Below, in pieces: positions 1 through 12,569 of a stretch of DNA of 51,707 nucleotides. The notes beneath the pieces were generated by a model that saw only the letters and a program-made list of their open reading frames with translations, was not told where the DNA came from and did no database searches. How positions within the stretch are numbered: position 1 is the first letter of the stretch; every line of letters starts with the position of its first letter. The stretch comes from Octopus bimaculoides (lineage: Eukaryota): NCBI RefSeq assembly GCF_001194135.2, contig NC_068992.1, forward strand, positions 11,375,157-11,426,863, in the 5' to 3' direction. A program made the translations under genes and the position numbers.

Positions 1-43
1 TCTGTTGACTGTTCTTTGAGCCATTTCTTTACTACACTGCAAT
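1..43 (-). mobile_element. Inverted fragment of the same mariner transposase region found at about 130-180
   Basis: The reverse complement reads gtagtaaagaaatggctcaaagaacagtcaacaga (VVKKWLKEQST), matching gtagtgaagaagtgactcaaagaac...aatcaataga on + about 130 bp downstream. Confidence 0.6.
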
Positions 44-59
44 AATGTTTGCCTCTTAA

Positions 60-366
60 ACCCTCTTTCATGGGGCCAAAGAGATGATAGTCAGAAGGCG
101 CTAAATTATTCCAGTGACGAGGAAGTGAAAACTGTAGTGAAGAAGTGACTCAAAGAACACAAAGAACAATCAATAGAATTTTACTGGACAGGGATACATG
201 CTCTCATTCGAAGGTAGAACATTGCTATTGAGAGAAACAGTACTATGTTGAGAAGTAGAGATGTGATCCACAGAAGACCAGCTTCATTTTGATGTATGAT
301 ACATGTTCCTGTGTTGGTAATTATACCTGTTCTAAACAAAATAGCATTACTTTTTGCCCCTCGCAT
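60..366 (+). mobile_element. Degenerate mariner 3' end with right TIR
   Basis: Translates as YSSDEEVKTVVKK*LKE..EFYWTGIHALIRR*NIAIERN, a typical mariner transposase C-terminus with stops. It ends in the TIR-like aaaatagcattactttttgcccctcgcata. Confidence 0.75.
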
Positions 367-664
367 ATATATATTTCTACATATATTTTTGCATGTGGTT
401 TTGCTACATTACAAAACTAAAAATCTGTCTGTGTGTCCATATATTTGGAATATTAACTGAACATATTTGCAACTGATTCTTACTGTTTACTGCCTGGATG
501 CACTGGTAGAACCAGTCTCCATTGAGTTTCCCTGATATTTCCTTAACTATACGCTATGAAAAGCAAAAACTGTGTTTAGATACACTTCATTAAGCATAAT
601 ATTGGAAATAACGTACTAATGTTTCTACTGATGTCTGGATAGAGTCATTCACCATAGAGATGTG

Positions 665-1310
665 TTATATATGAATGTGTGTGTGTGTGTGATTGTATGT
701 GCTATTATGTATGCGATTGTTTAAGCAAAAGTGTAACAGCATTTATAAATGTATGAATGTGCATATGAGTCGGTGTATGTATGTGTGACCATATATGTGT
801 GTGTATGTGGCTGATGTGTGTCTATGTAAGTGTATGACAGTATGTGGCCATGTGTGTACATGCGTGTGTCTGTGTGGATGTGTGTGTGTGCGCATTGATT
901 GTGTGTGGGTGTGTGTATGCGTGTGTGTGCAATTCTGTGTGGCTGTGTGAATGACAATGTGTGGTTGCGTAAATATATGTGTAACACTGTCTATGTATGT
1001 AAGAGTATGCATATATCTTTGTGCATGTGCATGTGCATTAAAATATGTATAGGTGCATGCATGTGTGTGTGTGTATGTATGTGTGCATGCATATGTGCAT
1101 AAGTGTGGTTATTTGTGTATGTATATGTTTAAGTATATTTATGTATGTATATTTGTCTATGTATATATTTGTGTATGTATATTTGTGTATGTATATTTGT
1201 GTATGTGTATGTATATTTGTGCATGTATATATTTGTGTAAGTATATATGTGTAAGTATATTTGTGTAAGTATATTTGTGTGTGTATGTGTATGTATATCA
1301 ATGATTATGT
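665..1310. repeat. (TG)n/(TA)n compound microsatellite with a ~14-bp gtatgtatatttgt subarray
   Basis: Directly visible. It produces the H/T/Y/I and C/V/M ORFs in the track. Confidence 0.95.
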
Positions 1311-1429
1311 ATATGCACAGTAATCTATATCAACTGATGTGTAAGAAAGACTAGTTTACAGTTTATAGTCCAGCAACAGAGTACTTTTTTGATGTATTCA
1401 CTGGCAATGTTATTAAGCTGACACAAAAC

Positions 1430-1830
1430 ACCACATGTAGAGACTGTGTTATACTAATACTAAAACTAGGCATAAGGCCTACAATTACATTGATACTAAC
1501 ACTAGGAGTAGAGGCTGTTGTTATGCTAACACTAAGACGAGTGTTACTAACACTAACGCAAAGTGTAGGGGCTCTAGTTCAGTGGTTCCCAACCTTTTTA
1601 TTCAAATGAGTTTTCCCATAAGGGTAAGCATATTTTAATATGCTTATCCTTATGTATATATATTTATATGAAATTTTGAATTTAGTTCACAGACCCCACC
1701 TCCACCCAGTACTACCTTTGCAGACCACCAAGGGTCGGCAGACACAAAGTTAGGAACCACTGCTCTAGTTATACTAACATTACTCTGTAGTTGTGCTGAC
1801 ACTAATACTAGATGTAGAGGAAGAATTACT
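1430..1830. repeat. Degenerate minisatellite built on the (t)actaacacta motif, interrupted by the hAT MITE
   Basis: Recurrent atgtagag...gttatactaacactaa-like units lie on both sides of 1580-1762. Confidence 0.55.
1580..1762. mobile_element. hAT (Charlie-like) MITE, 183 bp
   Basis: TIRs cagtggttcccaac / gttaggaaccactg. Identical 8-bp TSD ctctagtt at 1572-1579 and 1763-1770, close to the NTCTAGAN Charlie preference. Internal palindrome at about 1619-1650. Confidence 0.9.
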
Positions 1831-1839
1831 GAGGTTACT

Positions 1840-2090
1840 AAATCAGTAAGATGCGTTCATATCACTGCAGAAAATGTGTTGCATCTTCAGATGGATACTG
1901 CACATTGTTCCGGTCAACTCTGCTGGCTAAAATGAGTAGTAACTGTAATTCAAAGGGCCGTGCTGCATTTTCCTGAGAACTACATTAAGGGAACACATGT
2001 CTGTGGAATGCTCAGCCACTTGCATATTAGTTTGTTCCATTGTTTCGATCAACTGGAACCTTTATTGCTATAACCAATGGAGTGCCAAAT
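1840..2090 (+). mobile_element. 3' part of SINE family C (same family as 19098-19484)
   Basis: cctgagaactacattaagggaacacatgtctgtggaatgctcagccacttgca...gatcaactggaacc...ggagtgccaa matches the reverse complement of 19100-19230. Confidence 0.8.
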
Positions 2091-2414
2091 AGATACTTAA
2101 TCCTAGATGGTTCTGCCTATTTAGTAGGAATGAAGTAAATGTTTTAGTTTCAGTAGTCTTTTAGTATTGGCATTAATTGAATAATGGATCAAATTCCTTT
2201 TTCTTAGAGTAATTGGTTTCTTTTTAAATGTAACATTCCCAGTTGATTGGATTATCTTTTCATGACCAAAGGATAAACTAAAATACTTAAAGATAAACAC
2301 AATGTCCAAACAGATGGTGAACTGGCTGAGTCATTAAAGCATCAAAAAGAATGCATTGTAGCATTTATTCTGGAACCTTGGATCCTGAGTTCGAATCTTA
2401 TGAAGTTTAATGCA

Positions 2415-2752
2415 ACTGGTACTTAATTTATCGATCGACCCCAAAGAAAGGATAACAAGCAAAGTCGACCTCGGCGAAATTTGAACTCAGAATGTAAAGA
2501 CAGACAAAATACTGCTAAGCATTTCACCTGGTGTGCTAATGGTTTTGCTGGCTCACCACCTTTGCAATAAGAATAATAATCCTTTCTACTATAGGCACAA
2601 GGCCCCCAGTGTGTAACTAGTACTTAATTTATCAACCCCAAAACGATGAAAGGCAAAGTCGACCTTGGCGGAATTTGAACTCAGAACGTAAAGACAGACA
2701 AAATACCGCTAAGCTTTTCACCCAGCATGCTCATGATTCTGCCTACGCACCT
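2415..2752 (-). mobile_element. Two tandem copies of tRNA-headed SINE family A (2415-2562 and 2575-2752), with a decayed + strand head at about 2315-2410
   Basis: Both copies carry ggtacttaatttatc..cccc..aaaggcaaagtcgacct.ggcggaatttgaactcagaa. The minus strand shows the B-box GAGTTCAAATTC and (AAT)n tails. Confidence 0.85.
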
Positions 2753-3239
2753 CTTTAATAATAATAATAATAATAATGATAATAATGATAATGCCAGAAC
2801 AAGGGCAGAGGCAGTTCTTACTAGCTCTGCTCCAGTCATGACAGTGATGGTAAACAAGCTGACATCTTTATCCACAAGGCTATTATCAATCTTTTATTCA
2901 AACATTTAATTGGTAGGTAAGTGCAATTAAAAAGAAAGACATTATTTCACAATTCATAGCAACATATATTGAATAAAATAAAAAGAAAGAAAAAGCCATT
3001 TTACAAAATAAATAACTATAAAATGTTAAATTAAATAATAGAAACTTCTCTGCAATGTGTATATATGTGTGTGATATGTGTGAAATACAGCTGTTGATTG
3101 CAATAAAGAAAATAACTCAGTAAAAGACAGCTAGAGGCAGGGAATTGTGTTCAGCAAGAATTGAATATCATCAAATTTTGTCTGGCTAGAAATGGAGAAA
3201 AGATGCCAATACAGAAAAACAAAAACACATTCATTCCCA

Positions 3240-3715
3240 CGCATGTACATACAATGTACATACATACATACATACATACATAGAAATACACACACACACA
3301 TATATATAGACAGATAATATACATAAATACATGTGCATATATATATACACACATACACATACATATACATATATGTATATGTGTATATATATGTGTGTGT
3401 GTGTGTACATGTATGTAGTTATGTATGTGTGTGTGTGTGTGTGTGTNNNNNNNNNNNNNNNNNNNNNNNNNNNNNNNNNNNNNNNNNNNNNNNNNNNNNN
3501 NNNNNNNNNNNNNNNNNNNNNNNNNNNNNNNNNNNNNNNNNNNNNNNNNNNNNNNNNNNNNNNNNNNNNNNNNNNNNNNNNNNNNNNNNNNNNNNNNNNN
3601 NNNNNNNNNNNNNNNNNNNNNNNNNNNNNNNNNNNNNNNNNNNNNNNNNNNNNNNNNNNNNNNNNNNNNNNNNNNNNNNNNNNNNNNNNNNNNNNNNNNN
3701 NNNNNNNNNNNNNNN

Positions 3716-3781
<66 letters not shown>

Positions 3782-3800
3782 TGTATGTGTGTGTGTGTGT
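3240..3800. repeat. (CA/TA/TG)n microsatellite spanning assembly gap 3447-3715
   Basis: Directly visible. Confidence 0.95.
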
Positions 3801-4110
3801 TTGTCTTGACATTGTATGGAAATTCTAAATGAGTATGACCTTCATAAAAGTGCCGTGCTTCATTTTCAGTCTGCTATGAAAACATGTTAAGCCATGGGGA
3901 GATATAACCTTTTCTTGGAAACAGGTGAGGTTGGAGACAAGAAGAGCACCTGGTCCATGCAAAATTCTTCCTCAACCCAATTCTACTGACCCAAGCAAGG
4001 ATAGAAAAATGAACATTACGGTGCTGATGATGATGATGATGATAACGACAACGACGATGTCGATGACGGCGATGTCGATGATGCTGTCGATGTTGATGAA
4101 GATGATGATG
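3800..4110 (+). mobile_element. 3' half of SINE family B ending in a (GAT)n tail
   Basis: cttggaaacaggtgaggttggagacaagaagagcacc... parallels 26730-26860. Confidence 0.65.
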
Positions 4111-5217
4111 ATAACTATAACTATATCAGAATTTTCTAAAGGTAAGTAGTTTTGCCAAGTTAAATGCAGAACCTTGATTTTATTCCTAGATGTAACTGTT
4201 CTCCTTCCAAAAACCATCAAAGTAGCCAATCAGATCACTGTCATTCTTGATGGGTGCTAGTCACAGGTCCAATCAACTCTATTAAATTAATATGTAATAT
4301 GTACCTTTATTGTAATCCTCAGGTTGAATCAGTTTGACAGAATGTGAAACAAGGATGAAACTTTTAATTACAATACAAGCACCCAATAGTTGTCCCGAAT
4401 TCAGTTTTTCTCACATAGCTTGAGCTGACTGAAAGCTAAAGTTCAAACTGTCCCCGATAACTGAGGGTTTAATAGATGAGAGAAATGGGGAAGATTCTAG
4501 GCAAAGGAATGGTAAAAGACCACTTCTAAAAATGGTGCTCAGTGGAATCAAGCCCAAGAACAAAGTCTTTAACACATGACAGATCAGCATCGAATATCAC
4601 ATCTATTTTCATTCTTAAACATTTGACTTTTTAATTCACCTGTGTTTGTCAAGCTAAGAGTTTATCAGCTTGAAACAGTTTTTATTGAGTCAACACTAGC
4701 TGTAACCGATATTTCATAGAAGCCAACTGTATTTGTAAGTTAATGAATGTAAGCAAAGCACAAGAATAAGAATCAAGGCTAATTTAATAGAGTTCTACTT
4801 ATATTTATCGACCACAGATTGCAACTTTTAAAGAAGCACATATGTAGGATGTTGCATCTGTAATAGAATGGCAGGAACCTAACATGAAAGAGATCATGAT
4901 AATCGCTGAAGTTGTTTGCAATTTTAAAACACTATACCAAAGATGGTGATAGGGATGGCACCAAAAGTGATGATAATGAAATATGATGACATGATGATAA
5001 CTTCAATAGTAGAGGTACTATTGAAATTGTTATGACAATGATGTCAATGAAGATAATGATGTTCAAGGAAATGGATGGTGATACTACTGAAAACATCAGA
5101 ATGTATTTAGAGAAAATAGACACTGAAATTGCTTGTTATTACTTTCAATAAGCCTTTATCAGGGCTTGAACTCAGATCTCTGTCAGTGAATATAATGTTT
5201 GTAATAGCAATTTCTGG

Positions 5218-5595
5218 CTAGTCATCATCATCACCCTCATTTAACCATTGTCCATGCTAGCATGCGTTGGGCAGTTTGACTGAAAACTGGTAAGCCAGGG
5301 AGCCACACCAGGTTCTGATCTGATTTGGCAAAGCTTCTACAGCTGGATGCCCTTCCTAATGCCAACCACTCATAGAATGTTGTGAGCATTTTTTACATGC
5401 CTCCAGCATGACCTGACACAGGCATCAGCCATAGTTACAGTCTCACTTGACTCGACAGGCCAACACAATCACAGTATATTACCAATGGTGTTGGTCACCT
5501 GTCACTACCTCCATGAGGATCAATGCTTGAACAATGCTTTTTACAAGCCACTGGCATAGGTGCTAGTCAGACAGTACTGGCATCAGCTATGCCTA
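5218..5595 (-). mobile_element. Diverged RTE-type 3'-end repeat (LINE 3' UTR or SINE sharing it)
   Basis: catcatc...catgctagcatg.gttgg...ctacagctggatgcccttcctaatgccaaccact is shared with 14637, 43962 and 48596. Confidence 0.75.
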
Positions 5596-5609
5596 CAATT
5601 TGTAAATTA

Positions 5610-6106
5610 CAAATTAGCAACCAAGTGCATTATAACTATTTTGCTCAACCCACAGGACCATCAATTTGGATGTGTACCAACACCAACTGAACAAATTAAA
5701 TGTAAGAATCCACCAGAGGTGTCCAGCACTTACTAATCCTTCATCATTACAATACTCTTCTTTGCAGGTGTAGCAGTAGTTACTGGGGCTTGGCCAATAA
5801 GTCTGGCCACACCCTTCATATTTTCCTGACTATGCACCTTCAGATTTCCACCTGTTTCGGTCTCTTCAAAATTCATTGAATTGACAGAGCTTCAGTTCTG
5901 AAGAGGATATAAAATTCACCTAGAAGATTTTTTTTGCCAGCAAGACAGGAAATCCTTTGAACAAGGAATAAGGGATCTACAAGATGGCAAAAGATACTGG
6001 AACAGGACAGTAATTATATCATTGACTGAGTAAATCACTTTGGTGTTTAAGATTTGTGTCTTATTTTTGCTTAAAAAAAACCAAACACACATTTTGGCCA
6101 AACCAA
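5610..6106 (+). mobile_element. Decayed mariner transposase C-terminal half plus right TIR
   Basis: Frames give RTINLDVYQHQLNKLNVRIHQRCPALTN and WPHPSYFPDYAPSDFHLFRSLQNSLN*QSFSSEEDIK (HPPYSPDLAPSD motif). It ends in TIR-like cattttggccaaaccaata. Confidence 0.85.
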
Positions 6107-6649
6107 TAAAATAGTAACAATTAAATACTTTACGAGGTAGTTATGAAGAAAATAGTCTTTTACAGCTCAATTGTGATAGAATGACAAAAATCATATTTTT
6201 AGTTTAATAATAATTTCTCTCTTAAATAATATTTATAGAATAAAATAAACTATATCCTGAAGGAGCTAAAACTAAAATTTCCAATGTGAACGCTGTTTTT
6301 CTAGTATGAAAAATTATGTTTTCTTTAAAATGATTATTTGTTATTGCTGAAAGCAAATTTAGATACAAAATTGTTTGTATATTACAGAAAATAAACTTGT
6401 TTATAAACCACTTCTTAAATTTGTAATAAACTATTCAACCCCATTCACAGTCTATTTGGATTCACATTTACAAAAAGAAATATTTTGGCTGCCATGTTTG
6501 TTGTGATATTTTCTTTCTGATGGTGTAGTTTTGGTTAAATGGAGCAAATTCTTTGCAGGATTTTTGTTAGTTTTTATTTATTTATTTAGTTTATTTATTT
6601 TTGCATTATTTCATATATTACTGGTTTCTATTGTTTTAATTGTTTTACA

Positions 6650-6745
6650 TTTGGCTGTATGGTTAAAGACGTTTGCTTCCCAACCTTGTGATTTCAGGCT
6701 CAGTTCAATTGCATGGCATCTTGGAAAAGTGTTTTCTCCAGTTGA
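6650..6745 (+). mobile_element. SINE family B tRNA-like head, decayed
   Basis: ggctgtatggttaaagacgtttgcttcccaacc...ggctcagttcaattgcatggcatcttgg resembles the heads at 26410 and 47060 (minus). Confidence 0.6.
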
Positions 6746-6936
6746 AGAAAATATGCTGGTTATGTTCCTTTGTCACTTCCATTATAGCTTTGCAAAAATA
6801 ACTGCTACAATCGAACTGCACTCTTCAAAACTTGCACTAAGAATAAGCACGAGGTAAAATTACTACCTGCTTTTATAGCAAGTTGATGCAGGTAATTTAT
6901 CCCGTCCCCCTCCAACTTTTAATTCATGCAATTATT

Positions 6937-6977
<41 letters not shown>

Positions 6978-7028
6978 TGGAATAGAGAGAGGGAGAGTGG
7001 GAGAGGGTGAGAGAGAGAGAGAGGGAGA

Positions 7029-7059
<31 letters not shown>

Positions 7060-7872
7060 GGTTAGAGGATGAGAGATAACTTCATTATACTGAACACTCT
7101 TAACACATTTTTTTATACATATGTATGTATGCATAATCTTTTAAACTTAATGACATCAATTTAAATAATTTTTTTTGTAATTTAATGAATTAAATTTTGT
7201 ATATTACAATATCATTCTGTATGTACAGACATTTGGAAGGGATGTATACTGCTTGCTCTCAAAGATTTTATTTTCTCTCAAACAGAATTGTAGTTATGTT
7301 GGAATAGAATTAACAGATATAACTCTGAAGAATATAACATTAGTTAAAACATTGTTCTGATCTACCTTCTGGCATATCATTTCTCTCTTCTAAATTTTTC
7401 ATATTATTTATTCTTTGAAGAATTTAAAGCAACAGTGGAAATAATTAAAATAATGCTGTTAATCCTACAAAAGAAATCCATTGCCAAACTAATAAGCAGT
7501 TTGAAACTGCCTTTATTTCATGTATATCTGCCAAATATGTTTCGTTTACCAGTGGTATTATAGGATTAAATGAAAAAAGGAAAAAATTACACATTTACTG
7601 TCTTTCAAACTAAATGATAGATTGTTGTGCCTTCAAATTATAGATCTCACAAATGTCAAAACAGTTAAAAAGTTTTGAGATATGTAGCTTTGGAAACCTG
7701 TTGAACTTACATCAACCGTTCATTTTGATAATTAATGAGGAATCAAAATAAATTGAATCACTCTGCGCAAAAAAAAGCTCTTTAATAAATAAATGTGTGT
7801 GTGCATTTGTGTGTGTATACATGTAGCTATATATGTATATGTATGTGTACATCTCTCACTCTCCATCTGTCA

Positions 7873-7912
<40 letters not shown>

Positions 7913-7944
7913 CTCTCACTTTTTGTATATATATATATATATAA

Positions 7945-7977
<33 letters not shown>

Positions 7978-9928
7978 TGTATGTTACACACATATTTGTT
8001 CACTAATTTATTGTATAGTTTTTTTAAAAAATCAACTGTATAGAATATACTCCTCAATCTGTAATATCAAATGCCATATTTTTCTTCAATTTAACGTTTA
8101 TTTAAGTTACATTTGCTGAAGAAATTATGGCTATCTATCATATCAGCATATAATAAATCTATTATTGAAACAGTAATTTGAATAAATCCTTATAAATTTT
8201 AAATATATATACCACATTTATATATATATGTGTTTGTATATATATATATATATATATGCACACACACACACACGCATATATATATATCTACACACACATA
8301 CATATACACACATATGTATTTATGTATATATATGTATGTATACGCACACACACACAGATACATACATACACACACACATTTATATATATTCATATATATA
8401 TGAATACAATATTTGAAATGAACTTGTAATCTGATTTCTATGGTTTCACTATTCATTCTTATATGAGTTGTGTTTTACTTAAGGCATACTTGAATTGGTA
8501 AATCTTTTGAAATTACTTAAAGCTAAAGTAATTTATCTATTATGTGAACCTGAAGAATTTCAAGATCTTTAGGTTATTATTACCATACAGATGTTAGCAG
8601 CTGCTGACTTCTAATAGAAGCCTGGTTTTAATCCAAACCAAAACAAAAAGGGAGGAGAAATTTGCCCATGTAAGAGGCTGTCAATTAGGAATCGACAATG
8701 CAGCTTAAAATTGAATTCCAATTAAATCTTCTTTCATTTGAAAACTACAAATCATTCACAAACATTTCGTATGTTATATGGCAGTTGATCTCCTGAATGT
8801 TATATGGCAGTTGATCTACTGAGGAGTTCCATTGGCTTTTTTTAAATTGCTGATACTATCTGTCAGTCACAACTGACAGATGCTTCAATGTGATTCAGTG
8901 ACAGGGGTGGGGAATTTGAACCCAGCATGTAAAATAGACTGAAACAGATACTGCAAAACATCCCATTTGATTCTGTGATAATTTTGCCAATCTGCTATTA
9001 TACTAAATTGTTTTTTGTTTTTTTTATTAACTTCGACAGGATGAAAAGCAAGGCTGATCTCAGAATGCAGTGGTTTCCATACGAATATCAGGAAGCATTC
9101 TATCCAACGCTCAAATAAGTCTGTCAACTTGTGACCTTCTGAAATTTAAGGATGACAAGATATCTTTGTGTTACCAGGTAATCAAATTCATCCTCTGACA
9201 ATTCATCACAAAGACACAGTTCTTTTTTTAAAGCAATCACAACACTGGTTCTCCAACAATTAAAAAAAAAAGAGGACCAATGATCCATATTATCCATATG
9301 GATTCCTCACCTGTTATATCTTGGTTTTTATATAGGTACTCTGTATGCTAGGGTACAGAAAGAAATGAGAAAATTGGTTGGCAACAGAAGAGGCATGAGG
9401 ATTATGACAAATATGATTAGGTTGTCATGGGAACTACAAGGCTAACTTTTGCTTTAAGCATGAAAAATGGCCTTAGAATATTTCATGATGATTTATTCTG
9501 ATTCAATAACCCAATTTATAGTACTTTATATGTACTGGAAATATTCATGTAATTTAGCCATTTGTAATTTTAATCAGATGAAAGAAGAAAGCATGAAGGA
9601 AGAAAAAGAAAGAGAGAAATAAACAATGGAACATGCACTCTATTTGGTTGAAATAGATTCATGGGAAAAAATATATAACGTTCGATGCTGAAATACACTT
9701 TTATATCCTGAACAAAAACCTATTATATAAACATTTAAATAATGATATCAGAATGATAAAGTGTTATAGCAATCGATTATATAAATATGTTAAGAGCAAA
9801 AGCTTTAAAAAAAATGTTTGTTATTTCACTAAAGTGCAAGAAAATCAAAAAACTTGAAATACATTCATCAATAAGAACAGAAAAAGAAACATTAAAAAAA
9901 TATTGATATGTTAATATTAATGAGTATA

Positions 9929-9991
<63 letters not shown>

Positions 9992-10175
9992 NNNNNNNNN
10001 NNNNNNNNNNNNNNNNNNNNNNNNNNNNNNNNNNNNNNNNNNNNNNNNNNNNNNNNNNNNNNNNNNNNNNNNNNNNNNNNNNNNNNNNNNNNNNNNNNNN
10101 NNNNNNNNNNNNNNNNNNNNNNNNNNNNNNNNNNNNNNNNNNNNNNNNNNNNNNNNNNNNNNNNNNNNNNNNNNN

Positions 10176-10202
<27 letters not shown>

Positions 10203-10213
<11 letters not shown>

Positions 10214-10500
10214 ATCCAAACAAAGAAGAACAAACAAGAAAAAACAATAAAGCGAGGATGTGGTACAAGTACTGTATTATCAGACGCTCAGGAAAAGAAA
10301 GAAAGAGGATTTAATGTTTTGAGCCAAGCTCTTGATCAGAAATAGAGGAAAGTCCAAAGGAAGGGAATATGCATATATATATATATATATATATCGAATT
10401 TAAATAGAGCTCAAAACTGATCCATTGAAAATACTCTATTATAATAATAATAACAATGTTTTTTCTTGTTTGTTCTTCTTTGTTTAGATTCACTATATAT
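10203..10500. mobile_element. Element bounded by ~45-bp inverted repeats, possibly a Penelope-like pLTR remnant
   Basis: 10203-10247 and 10456-10500 are reverse complements with 1-2 mismatches. A decayed hammerhead-like motif lies on the minus strand at 10313-10339. Confidence 0.45.
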
Positions 10501-10503
10501 TTA

Positions 10504-11229
10504 TAGATATGCATGAAGTCTTTATAGGTCGGTGATCATTATAAATATAAGATGTAACATCCTTCTTAGTTTCCAATCAGCAATAATATATATATATATA
10601 ATAATAATAATATATATGTGTGTGTTTATATGTATGTAGATATGTATATGTCTCAAGACAATAGTAGAAAACTTTTGGTCAAGATGCCCGACAGTTAGAT
10701 TGAACCTGGCAGCCTATAATTGCAAAGAGAACTTCTTAAACACTCCACCCACTACGTGAGCCTCATATAACAACAATAATTAGTTAGAATACTTTTGGAT
10801 TACTCTGTAGTTCATTTGATGTAACAGATACAATGAAACACTCTGGTTCTGCGTTTCCTTTTATTCTGACACATCTATGAAAACTTGAGAGATACTTCAA
10901 ATTTAGAAAGATTTTACAACAGGAAGTCCAGCAATACAATAAGCAATGATGTTTTATACAGAAATTGTCAAAGCCATTAGCTACTTTCCATTTACTTTCA
11001 GATATAAATTTTCTAAAATATACCACTTTGTTGTGGAAGTTTCGGCATGTGTTCTATCATCTATGAAATATGTTCATACTCACAGAAGCTGTAATATATG
11101 GAAGTAGTTAACATTTTTCTCCAATACAAACACTCATGCTCACAAATTATTGCTGATTGGAAACTAAGAAGGATGTTACATCTTATATTTATAATGATCA
11201 CCGACCTATAAAGACTTCATGCATATCTA
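10504..11229. repeat. Perfect 84-bp inverted duplication (10504-10587 / 11146-11229)
   Basis: tagatatgcatgaagtc...ccaatcagcaataat is the exact reverse complement of attattgctgattgg...gcatatcta. Confidence 0.9.
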
Positions 11230-12289
11230 AATTTTAATTTCCTGTCTTCTTAGTTCCCATAAAACAAATTAAATTTGTGTAAGTATGATCTTAAAGAATA
11301 AGAAACACTAATCATTGGCTAATTTTCATGTCACTAAAAGTCAAAACGAATGAGCGACACTGTAGCTAAAAGTTTATCAAAGAAATTTCTCTGTGAATCA
11401 ACTAGTAGTTTGATGATGGTATTGATGCAGCATTTGGAGTTCTAGAAGTTAAAGTAGACGAAAAAAAAATTTTCTTCAAGTGGACATTAAATGTGAGGGT
11501 CAGATACAAGGTTAAAAAGATGAACATTTATTTATTCACCTATGGATAAATGTTCCATAGCTGAGAGGAAGCTAAAAATGGACAGAAAGGACAGCTGAAT
11601 GATTAAATTTGAAAAAGTGCAAACACTTTTCTTAGCCAGACACTTCAATCTGAAATATTACATAAATGCATCTAGGTCAAATTGAAGAGGCAAATGCTGT
11701 ATTCTATCATATATAATTTCAAGACCATGTATGTGTGTCTATATGTGTGTACATGTGCTTGTGTGTGTGGTTGAATAGAGCGATATATATGTGACTGACA
11801 GTCTTCCATTATAGAATATTATCCAAATTTTCATCTGTGTGATATCTTATCTTTAACACGTCTTACAACAAAGGGGAACTATGATGATAGCGTATGTTCA
11901 CTGACTGGTTACTGTGATCAGCCAATAAACAAAATGTCTATCAAGCATTCATGTCTTTCTTTTCTCGGGGAGTAAGGGTATTACCTTTAACCTGCATGGC
12001 AAGGATCCAATTGCATCAGAAAGGTGAAGGAAATAGGAAATGGACACGATTGGCATGGCTTATGGGAAGTTTGAAGCTTGAAATAGCAAAGGTTAGTATA
12101 TTGTAAGGTATATAATGATAATGTTAAGGTGGCACAATATTTTGGAAATAATCGTCATTTATATTCTCTTGAATGTTAAACTTACATATAAAAAAAGTAC
12201 ATTTTACATATTTATATGTTCAGCCACAGCCAGAGCATGCAAACTTATATGTATGTTGTAAGGTAATGAACTCGAAGAATCGTTATTGT

Positions 12290-12450
12290 GCCAGAACAAA
12301 ATACTTAGAAGCATTTCTTCCATATTTACATTCTGGTTCAGATGCATCACAATCGACTTTGTCTTCCATCCTTTCTGGGTCGATGAAATAAGTACCAGAT
12401 GAGGAGCACTAGGGTTGATTTAATTGGCCTTATGCCAGGAGTAGAAAGAA
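12290..12450 (+). mobile_element. Decayed SINE family A
   Basis: tcgactttgtcttccatcctttctgggtcgatgaaataagtaccag is the family A core. Confidence 0.7.
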
Positions 12451-12569
12451 TTATGCAACAAAGTTTCAATACTTCCTAAACATATCATCCCATGTTTTGA
12501 ATTTTAAAATATATTATTATTAGTAGTAGCTGCAATAATGTTGTTAACATTTCTTCAAGAGATCCTGAT

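Noticed and set aside
2821-2889. Minus-strand peptide IDNSLVDKDVSLFTITVMTG resembling a PLAT-domain start, with a GTAAGA donor
   Set aside because: The acceptor is weak, the AGT.A motif does not follow, and no partner exons were found.
5613-5830. Minus-strand 72-codon Cys-rich frame (GCGQTYWPSPSNYCYTCKEEYCN plus a hydrophobic tail) resembling a Ly6/three-finger GPI protein
   Set aside because: It is the antisense of a clear mariner transposase fragment (HPxYxPDxAPSDFHLF on the plus strand).
7711-7762. Minus-strand 52-nt segment with excellent acceptor and GTAAGT donor
   Set aside because: All three frames contain stops. It shows how often strong splice-site pairs arise by chance here, although a non-coding exon is not excluded.
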